Below are positions 57,102-64,000 of a DNA stretch of 64,000 bases, piece after piece. This stretch comes from an uncultured Chloroflexia bacterium (GTDB taxonomy: Bacteria > Chloroflexota > Anaerolineae > JAAYZQ01). Where the stretch lies: contig CAVOXA010000014.1 of NCBI GenBank assembly GCA_963700285.1, positions 960,001 to 1,024,000 on the forward strand. The letters run 5' to 3'. Positions within the stretch are counted from its first letter, which is position 1. Every line of letters begins with the position of its first letter. Below the pieces are notes generated by a model, which searched no databases, was not told the DNA's origin, and was given only the letters and a program-made list of their open reading frames with translations. A program made the translations under genes and the position numbers.

Positions 57102-59276
57102 CTAGCGGCTTGCCTGACGGCCGAGTGCCGGCAGATAGACGCGCTCAATCGTGCTGCTGCAAACGACCTCGGTTGTGTCCGGCGCGCCATAGTCGCCGAC
57201 GTTCCCCGCGTTGTCGCGGGCCCGTACACGAACGCTCAGCGTCTGGCTCTTGGGGCTAACGTAAAAGCCATAGAACTGGGGAGTCCTGTTCAGCCAGTCC
57301 ATCCAGGCCCCACCGTTCGCGCTAACCTGAAGATCAAAAGAGGCAATCCCTGAACCATCACCATCATCTCCATCCCAATTCACAGGTACGAAACAACCGC
57401 TCTTGGCTGGAAGCGATGTGATCCGGGCAGTCGGTGGATTCGGGTCCTCGGGCAACCAGCCAATGCTGACCATCTTTTGGAAAAAGGTATTGGCCAGGAT
57501 TTCCAGGCCCTTGGTGCCGGGGTGCAGTAGATCGACGTAAAAGTCCTCCCAGGGGCCATAGTTATAGTAGGCTTGCCACGGATCAGCGATGGGCACCTTC
57601 TCCTTCTGAGCCACTTTGGTGTACAGAAGTTGATTGGTGGCATTCACATCGCCATTCCACTTGTCCCGCCTTGGGATTATCGTGGCAATCATCACCCTGG
57701 TGCCAGGAAACTCTTTGACGACCCGGACCAGTAACCGCACGGCATAAGCAGTCTCCGCTGGGGAATACTGCTCTCCCGAGAGGTCATTTGTCCCCTCCAT
57801 GATCTCCACGAACTCGGGATTGTGAGTCTGTATGCCCTCCCGGAGCCGGGCCTCAGCCGCCCGGGCCTTTTCTCCAGGCTTCCCGTGGTTGATCACTTCC
57901 GACTGGATGACATTGTTGTCCAGGAGTGCTTCCAGAAAGACCGGATACGGTGTTACCGGCTGGCCATCGAGATCGTTATACTGCGCCCATGTAATGCTGT
58001 CGCCGTGGGCAAGATGCCGGTTGGGAACCGCTGTGCCGGGCTGGTCTGGCATAGTGGTCCACGGCAGGGCGACAGCCGAAAGTGGCACGCCAACCTCGTC
58101 CGTGTTCTGCCACCGCAAGGGGATCCCTGCGCCATCATTCAGTGCCAACCAGACCAGCCAGGACTCGTCACCAATCGCGAGCAAAGCAGGCGTCGCTGCC
58201 CCCCCCGTCTCCACCCAGGCCGGCAGTGCCCAGTTCTTCCCGTCCCAAGATGTCCGGGCAAAACCCGAGCTCTCTCCTGCAACAGCCCATGCCAGATGCA
58301 GTCTCCCCGTGGAGTCAAAGACCAGGTCAGGCCGTCGCTCTTCCAGGAACTGGTAGGGGGGCGAGGAAACGAGGGACTCGGAACTCCAGGAGGAACTGGA
58401 ACGATCCCAGTGGCTGAGGTAGATCCGCCAACGGCCAATACCCTCTGTCTCAGCGCCCTGCCAGGCCACCCAGGGTTGGCCAGCAGCATCCAATACCACG
58501 GCCGGCCAGACATCCGGGGTATCATCGGACGCACTGACACGCTGCTGGGGCGACCAGGCAGAGCCATCCCAGTAGCTTGAATGGATCTCGTCGTTGAGCG
58601 AACCCTCGTAGCTGGCCCAAACCAGCCAGGCTTTCCCCGTCGCATTCGTGGCCAGTCGTGGATGGGTATCATAAGCCTGGGGAGCCTGGTCGTCGCGCCC
58701 CACTTGCCAGGGATCGGACCAGTTCGCGCCGTCCCAGCGACTGGCATAAACCTCACTGTCCACGCCGTCCTGACCGATCCAGGCCAGCCAGAGCGTACCA
58801 TCGGGTCCAGCGGCCAGGAATGGCTGGTCGCCACGGAGCGCTTTGGTCCCAGGCACCGTCACAGGCGGGGACCAACCGTCGCCGATCCAGCGGCTCACAA
58901 CGATCTCAGACTGCTCGATCCCCCTGCTCGCCGACCAGGCGACCCAGGGAACGGTCCCACCACTGGCGAAAGCCACGCTGGGCGAGTGCTCCACTACACC
59001 AGGGCTTGCGCTGAGGGCATGGGCCGGACGCCACGCGTCACCACTCCAGTGGCTGTAGTAGACATCAACATCGTGGCCATCAGCCACTTCCCATACGGCC
59101 CAGGGCTGGCCTTCGTGGTCCACAGCGGCACTCAAGCCCCTGTTCACACCTCCAGCCTGTCCCTTTGCCGGATAGGTAGCAGGGACCACCAAAAACGACA
59201 ATACCAGTACGGCCGAAACAACTGCGCCCAATCGATTCATCTTGAACCAGTTCATACTGCCACGCATCCCAAACAC
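57102..59276 (-). CDS. Secreted beta-propeller + SGNH/GDSL hydrolase + FN3-like protein
   Basis: GTG start 6 nt after AGGAGG; Trp-rich repeats (W.G..WS.P..V); GDSIT, GTND, D.LHP catalytic blocks. Confidence 0.82.
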   Translation of the reverse strand: MFGMRGSMNWFKMNRLGAVVSAVLVLSFLVVPATYPAKGQAGGVNRGLSAAVDHEGQPWAVWEVADGHDVDVYYSHWSGDAWRPAHALSASPGVVEHSPSVAFASGGTVPWVAWSASRGIEQSEIVVSRWIGDGWSPPVTVPGTKALRGDQPFLAAGPDGTLWLAWIGQDGVDSEVYASRWDGANWSDPWQVGRDDQAPQAYDTHPRLATNATGKAWLVWASYEGSLNDEIHSSYWDGSAWSPQQRVSASDDTPDVWPAVVLDAAGQPWVAWQGAETEGIGRWRIYLSHWDRSSSSWSSESLVSSPPYQFLEERRPDLVFDSTGRLHLAWAVAGESSGFARTSWDGKNWALPAWVETGGAATPALLAIGDESWLVWLALNDGAGIPLRWQNTDEVGVPLSAVALPWTTMPDQPGTAVPNRHLAHGDSITWAQYNDLDGQPVTPYPVFLEALLDNNVIQSEVINHGKPGEKARAAEARLREGIQTHNPEFVEIMEGTNDLSGEQYSPAETAYAVRLLVRVVKEFPGTRVMIATIIPRRDKWNGDVNATNQLLYTKVAQKEKVPIADPWQAYYNYGPWEDFYVDLLHPGTKGLEILANTFFQKMVSIGWLPEDPNPPTARITSLPAKSGCFVPVNWDGDDGDGSGIASFDLQVSANGGAWMDWLNRTPQFYGFYVSPKSQTLSVRVRARDNAGNVGDYGAPDTTEVVCSSTIERVYLPALGRQASR

Positions 59277-59340
59277 CCATTGCCTCCTGATATCCTGTGG
59301 CCAAAACCTCAACCTACTAGCCTGCGTCAGGCCTGCCATT

Positions 59341-61233
59341 CTATGGGGCAGAAACCTCTAGGGTCTCCAGCACAATACGATCCTCATCTACTATAGCAGA
59401 ACCTTCCGCAACGGTCAACCGGCGACCTGTAGAATCATCGTACATGCCAATCATGAGCCGGAAGTCGCCTGCGGGTGCTGCAGGGTTGATCTCGAGCGAA
59501 TGCTGGTCGACGACAATCTCACCCGGCAACCAGTCACTGGTAGGCCAGGCGCCCAGTACCGGCTGGCCATCATGCTGGCCCCAGATCTGCTCATTCGCAT
59601 CGGCCAGGTGAACGAACACCGAATAGTTGCTATCTATTGGCGCCAGGGCCTCCCAATACAGCGTTAGCGCCATCACATCTCCAGACCCGGCCGCCCGTTC
59701 CAACCTGTATCCTTGCAGTCGAATAGCAGCGCCCAGGCGAGCCTCCACTGGCGTCATCTGCTGCAGCGCCACGCGCAAAGGCAGCCATGCCTGCAAGCGA
59801 AGGTTGCCCAGTTGCACGCTATCTTGCAGGTCAGCATGGCGGCCCAGCCACTGCCCCACTGCGCCCGTCTGGTCCCAAGCTTCAGAGGGATAGGGCAAAA
59901 ACCAGAGCCGATCGTATTCGGCCGCTAGCCTTTCCAGGTCTTGTGCGGTTCGGTCCGGGCGGGTGTTGGCCTGTTCGGGCAACACAAACCGGGCCAGTCT
60001 CCCTGAATCATAGTAGGCCAGGGCCGGGTCAGGGTAGTTCTGGATCAAAGCCTCCCCCGGCCCGGCATGGCTCTCCAGATAGGCCATCAACTGCCGCCAG
60101 CCAGCAGTTTTGGAATACTCTGGTACGGTATAGTAATTGCGCAGGGACAGGATGCTGCCCACCAAGCATACGACGGCCAAAAGCCCCAGGGCCACTTGCC
60201 CCCAACGCCGCTGCTTGCCCAGCCAGGCTGCGCCAACACCCAAGAACATGGTTAAGGGAGGGGTGGCAGCGATTACATAGCGCTCATTGAACACGGGCCG
60301 CCGGAGTGAGGCCAGCCATACCCCAGCCAGGGGAACGGTCAACCACAGGCCCAGGAGCAGTGCCGCCCTACCCTTTGTGCGCGCCGCCTGCCACACACCA
60401 ACCGCTGCCAGCAGGCCAAAGGCCAGCAGATAAGGTACAGTTCTATCTTGATGGACGGTCTCACCGAGGCTAAAGGCGCGCAGGGAGCGCAGCAGCATGG
60501 CAGTCAGCGCCGGGGAGTCGCCGTTGCCCCGGTAGGTCAGGATCACGCGCCAGGCCAGCGCCAGCCACGGCAGGTAGAGCAACAATACCACCACCCCGGC
60601 GGCCACGAAACCGATCAACCGCCGCTGATAGCGCCGCCAGAAGGCAAAGATAAAGGAGATCTGGGCCAGCACGATAAAGAAGGAATAGTAGTGCAGGTAC
60701 AGGTGGGCGGCTGTCAGCAAGGCATAGGCCCCCCAGCGAGCCCAGCCACCCTTCTCCAGCGCGATCCAGAGGGCCAACATTGAGGCCACGGCCAGTGCGG
60801 TCGATATGGCATACATTCGCGTCTCTTGTGCATGCCACACTTGAAAGGGATTGACGGCCATGAACAGGCTGGCCCACAGCCCCGCCCTGCGGCCAAAGAT
60901 CCGCCGCACGAGCGCATAGACCATGACCACTGTCAGCACGCCGGCCACCGCCGAGGGGAAGCGCATTGCGAACTCGCTGTCACCCGCAACGGACATCCAG
61001 CCGTGTAGGAGGACATAGTCCAGGGGTGGATGGGGCTCAACGGTTCGCAGCGTCTCCGACACAATCTTCCGCAGAGGCTGCGCTGAGAATAGAACGCCAA
61101 AAGCTTCGTCGCCGCGCAGTTCCTGATATCCCAGGCGGTAGAGGCGCAGGCCAAAGGCCAAGCAGACAATCACTCCCAGCAAGAGAGCACGCTGTGACGC
61201 AGCCCTCTGCCGGAAGCCGGTCGGACTACCCAT
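59341..61233 (-). CDS. GT-C (PMT/family 39-like) membrane glycosyltransferase
   Basis: LRLYRL...LRGDE, HPPLDY, QETRMY, LYLHYY, ERY; C-terminal YSVFVHL domain. Confidence 0.87.
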   Translation of the reverse strand: MGSPTGFRQRAASQRALLLGVIVCLAFGLRLYRLGYQELRGDEAFGVLFSAQPLRKIVSETLRTVEPHPPLDYVLLHGWMSVAGDSEFAMRFPSAVAGVLTVVMVYALVRRIFGRRAGLWASLFMAVNPFQVWHAQETRMYAISTALAVASMLALWIALEKGGWARWGAYALLTAAHLYLHYYSFFIVLAQISFIFAFWRRYQRRLIGFVAAGVVVLLLYLPWLALAWRVILTYRGNGDSPALTAMLLRSLRAFSLGETVHQDRTVPYLLAFGLLAAVGVWQAARTKGRAALLLGLWLTVPLAGVWLASLRRPVFNERYVIAATPPLTMFLGVGAAWLGKQRRWGQVALGLLAVVCLVGSILSLRNYYTVPEYSKTAGWRQLMAYLESHAGPGEALIQNYPDPALAYYDSGRLARFVLPEQANTRPDRTAQDLERLAAEYDRLWFLPYPSEAWDQTGAVGQWLGRHADLQDSVQLGNLRLQAWLPLRVALQQMTPVEARLGAAIRLQGYRLERAAGSGDVMALTLYWEALAPIDSNYSVFVHLADANEQIWGQHDGQPVLGAWPTSDWLPGEIVVDQHSLEINPAAPAGDFRLMIGMYDDSTGRRLTVAEGSAIVDEDRIVLETLEVSAP

Positions 61234-63598
61234 TGTGTGGCTTTCGGATACAGGTGACCACACACCATAGGCCAAAGACCAAGCTCGCCAGCAAAGTAAG
61301 CACAGATACCACCATGCCCAGCCTGACACTTGGCGGCCTGAATGACATCTCCACCCGGTGCTGGCCGGCCGGTACCTCCACGGCCCGCAGGATGGCATTG
61401 GCCAGCACCATTGGCACCTGGCGACCATCCACGCTGGCTTGCCAACCTGGATAAGAGTTCTCGCTGAGGACGAGCAAACCATTGTTGGCCTGCTCCACCT
61501 CAACCGCCAGGCGTGAGGGGCTGAACGCCACTACCTTGACCTGAGGCGTCCCGGCCTGGGTACCAGCCAATGGCGATACCAGGGGCTCAGTGACCAGTGC
61601 CACGGCGTAGGGATCGAAATCGGGCTGGCCGAGGCGGTCCAGCACTTGATCCTCTCCGGGTAGGACCTCGGCCTGATAGACGGTCCAAGCCCGCGGATGT
61701 TCCCCGTCGAGCCGATGAACATAGTCCACCTCCCCTCTCCTCGCTGGCTCCTGGTAGACCAAGCTCGAGGGCGCATCAATGTCATCCAACCAGGTCACAA
61801 CATAGCCCACGTTGAGCAGCTCCCAGGCCCTTTCGAGGGGCAGCGTTTCAAACAGCCGCTCGTAACTGGCCAACCTCAGAGGGCTGGCCCCCCAGGTATC
61901 CTCGAGACCAAAGATAATTCCGTGGTTCCCCGGCAGTCTAAACTCATTGTGCACGCGGAACATCCCCGGCTGAGCCTGGAGTTCCCTGATCACACCCGTA
62001 GCCCGGACCTGGTTTTCGATCTTGCGCTCTTGGACGTTGACGTGCGAGTTCACGGTCACCAGGTCAAACAAGACAAGTGCCAGAGCGAGCGCCGTTCCCA
62101 GGAGCCAGGGTCCGCGCCTCCACCTCCAGACGAGCAGCCACAGCAAGCTGGCAGCCAGCAGGACAGCCACGTAGCGGCCCAGATCCAGCATGGAATCCAT
62201 CACACCGACGGAGCCGCCAAAATAGAGCAGGATGAGCAGGGCCGCGACGCCTAGCGCCAGGCCAACCACCAGCCTGAACAATGCGCGGGAATCCTGCCCC
62301 AGTTTCTGTAGGTCCTTCGCCCTGACGAGCAGAGCGGCAAAGCCATAGCCAGCCAACAAACTCAGGGAAAGGCTGAAAAGCAGAGCCGCCCGTTCCTGGC
62401 CGCGAAAGAGGCCGAACCCCGGCACATAGAGATAGAACAGGCTGTAGACAAAGCTATCGTCACCCACTGAGAGCAGAAATGCAACCCCAGCCACAATGGC
62501 CCAAAAAGCAATCTCAACCCGCCACCATTGGTGCTGTCTCCTTGTTTCGGATGGCACCTCGCCACGCAGCAGCAAATAGATCGCAAACAGGGACAACAAC
62601 AGGGGGAAAATGCCCATGTAGAGGGGTGACCAAAAACCCGTCGCGTGAGGCAGCAGTACTTGCACCAAGTCCAGATAGGCAAAACCACCCGACAGATCTT
62701 GATAGCCCAACTCCGGGCGGCTGGACAACTGCATGTACTCCAGACTGGGGACCAACTGCGCTGCAGCCAGGCCCAAGCCTGACACCACAAACAGAGCAAA
62801 GCCACCGAGCACAAACCACCAGGAGGCAAATGCAGTGTCCGCGTATGCCAGAGCTGCCCTATCCTTGCGAACTCGCCAAACTTTGAATGCATAGTAAAGC
62901 GCAGACAGGTAGAGAACATACATCGCCGTTTGGGGATGCCCGGCCAAGATTGCCACGCCCAGGGTCAGCCCCGCCAAGAGCAGGTAGAGGATAGCCAGCC
63001 GCCTTTGGCCGCAGGCCCATAGGGGATGGCTCTGCCCCGGCGCTATGGCCAGGTCCAGAAAGAGCAGGATCAACGGCAGCCAGATGGCTGTCTCCAGGAC
63101 CGCCAATTGAAGGATCGGATAAGATGTCAGGTAACCGCCAAAGGTAAAGGTGACGGCGGAAACCAGCGCGCCAGCACGATTCTGAAGCAGCCGCCTGGCA
63201 AAAAAGTAGGTGAAAACCCCCGCCAGGAAGAAATGGGCAATGGCTTCCAGCTCAAGAGCAAAAGCCGAGAAGCCCCAGACAAGGCTTGCCAGCATCGTCA
63301 GCAAACTAGGGGGATAAAAAACCGCGGACTGGATATCCGCCAGGAAGGGATGGCCGCTAAAAGTGTAAGGATTCCAAAGGGGGAGCTCGCCCCGTGAAAG
63401 CTGATCGTACTCAAAGGCCGCGAAGGCATAGAACTGGTTGTAAAAATCACCCTGGCGGAGGGACCCTCGCTCCTCGGCATTGGGGGTGATGATACGCCAG
63501 AAGAAGAACAGGCACAACCCCAACAACAGAGCCACTACTGCCAGATCACGGAGAAAGCCCTGGCGCCAGGAAACTCGCCCATGACCTTGTGTGCTCAT
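61226..63598 (-). CDS. YfhO family membrane protein (GT-C-like)
   Basis: GELPLWNPY.FSG.P..A..Q...FYP, LAGHPQ, C-terminal LVLSEN.YPGW.A.VDG...AVEVPAGQHRV...FRP. Confidence 0.87.
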   Translation of the reverse strand: MSTQGHGRVSWRQGFLRDLAVVALLLGLCLFFFWRIITPNAEERGSLRQGDFYNQFYAFAAFEYDQLSRGELPLWNPYTFSGHPFLADIQSAVFYPPSLLTMLASLVWGFSAFALELEAIAHFFLAGVFTYFFARRLLQNRAGALVSAVTFTFGGYLTSYPILQLAVLETAIWLPLILLFLDLAIAPGQSHPLWACGQRRLAILYLLLAGLTLGVAILAGHPQTAMYVLYLSALYYAFKVWRVRKDRAALAYADTAFASWWFVLGGFALFVVSGLGLAAAQLVPSLEYMQLSSRPELGYQDLSGGFAYLDLVQVLLPHATGFWSPLYMGIFPLLLSLFAIYLLLRGEVPSETRRQHQWWRVEIAFWAIVAGVAFLLSVGDDSFVYSLFYLYVPGFGLFRGQERAALLFSLSLSLLAGYGFAALLVRAKDLQKLGQDSRALFRLVVGLALGVAALLILLYFGGSVGVMDSMLDLGRYVAVLLAASLLWLLVWRWRRGPWLLGTALALALVLFDLVTVNSHVNVQERKIENQVRATGVIRELQAQPGMFRVHNEFRLPGNHGIIFGLEDTWGASPLRLASYERLFETLPLERAWELLNVGYVVTWLDDIDAPSSLVYQEPARRGEVDYVHRLDGEHPRAWTVYQAEVLPGEDQVLDRLGQPDFDPYAVALVTEPLVSPLAGTQAGTPQVKVVAFSPSRLAVEVEQANNGLLVLSENSYPGWQASVDGRQVPMVLANAILRAVEVPAGQHRVEMSFRPPSVRLGMVVSVLTLLASLVFGLWCVVTCIRKPHNG

Positions 63599-63733
63599 AC
63601 GCCCGTGCATCCCATCCACCACGTTCGGGTAACATCCGCAACCCACCGCTGAACGGTGGAACCGGGGCAAATAGGAGTGCCCCCGTATCCCGCCCTCCGG
63701 GGCACAGCAGGGTCGCTGGTTTTATCCCCTGCC

Positions 63734-64000
63734 TCAGACTGCGCCGGCCGGCCCTCCCCCGGCAGTCGTCTCCAATTCACCCTCTGTCGTCGCTGCCAAC
63801 TTGGGAGGATCCTCGGTTGCCTGCTGGAAAAAGCCTATCCGCGTGCGCACCGAGTTGGCCCCTCGGGCAAGACGCTTGATATCAGCAAGACGGCGGATCT
63901 TGAGCGCCTCGCTAATCACAAAGCCGGGCCGGTAATAGTACTCGCGATAGGCCCGTATCCGGGCCTCCTCGACTTCTTTGGCAGTAAGCCACGGAGTCTC
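63734..64000 (-). CDS. C-terminal fragment, probably of a B12-binding radical SAM enzyme (truncated by the window edge)
   Basis: Open frame from the window edge: ETPWLTAKEVEEARIRAYREYYYRPGFVISE..., resembling class B radical SAM C-termini; catalytic motifs lie outside the window. Confidence 0.5.
   Translation of the reverse strand, partial: ETPWLTAKEVEEARIRAYREYYYRPGFVISEALKIRRLADIKRLARGANSVRTRIGFFQQATEDPPKLAATTEGELETTAGGGPAGAV

Noticed and set aside
59080-59304. Alternative ORF with ATG right after AGGAGG
   Set aside because: SD-ATG spacing is only 2 nt; the GTG at 59276 has proper spacing and opens the SGNH protein with a signal peptide.
1-64000. tRNA, rRNA, prophage, transposase, selenocysteine or pyrrolysine recoding
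   Set aside because: None was recognised by eye and no gene appears split by an in-frame TGA or TAG; tRNAscan-SE and cmscan would be needed to exclude small RNAs formally.

Overview
GC-rich bacterial chromosome segment, most consistent with Chloroflexota (Anaerolineae-like); this is inferred from protein style and gene content, not from a database search. Layout: (1) 47-5475: beta-propeller/CapA lipoprotein, DUF4139 protein, an unannotated small transcription unit (promoter, 17-codon ORF, hairpins, terminator) and an AIR-synthase/HypE-like gene. (2) 5805-28192: contiguous str-S10-spc-alpha ribosomal superoperon through truA-rplM-rpsI. It lacks infA, has a divergent EF-G2-like fusA behind a terminator-like hairpin, and has single-base frameshifts in rplB and rplR that are probably sequencing errors. 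(3) 28672-40674: His-less sensor kinase, LysM protein, S8 protease, PBP2, mvk, rph, SanA-like and Ig-repeat proteins. (4) 40840-44512: tig-clpP-clpX with a 20-bp palindromic tandem array. (5) 44819-48295: TudS-like desulfidase, MtaA/URO-D-like methyltransferase and adenine deaminase operon. (6) 48443-64000: surface-glycosylation cluster rich in GT-C membrane glycosyltransferases. No rRNA, tRNA, CRISPR array or transposase was seen. The best novelty candidates are the small transcription unit at about 4230-4435, the recycling-type EF-G in the str operon, the putative thio/methylthio-purine operon and the palindromic array upstream of clpP.
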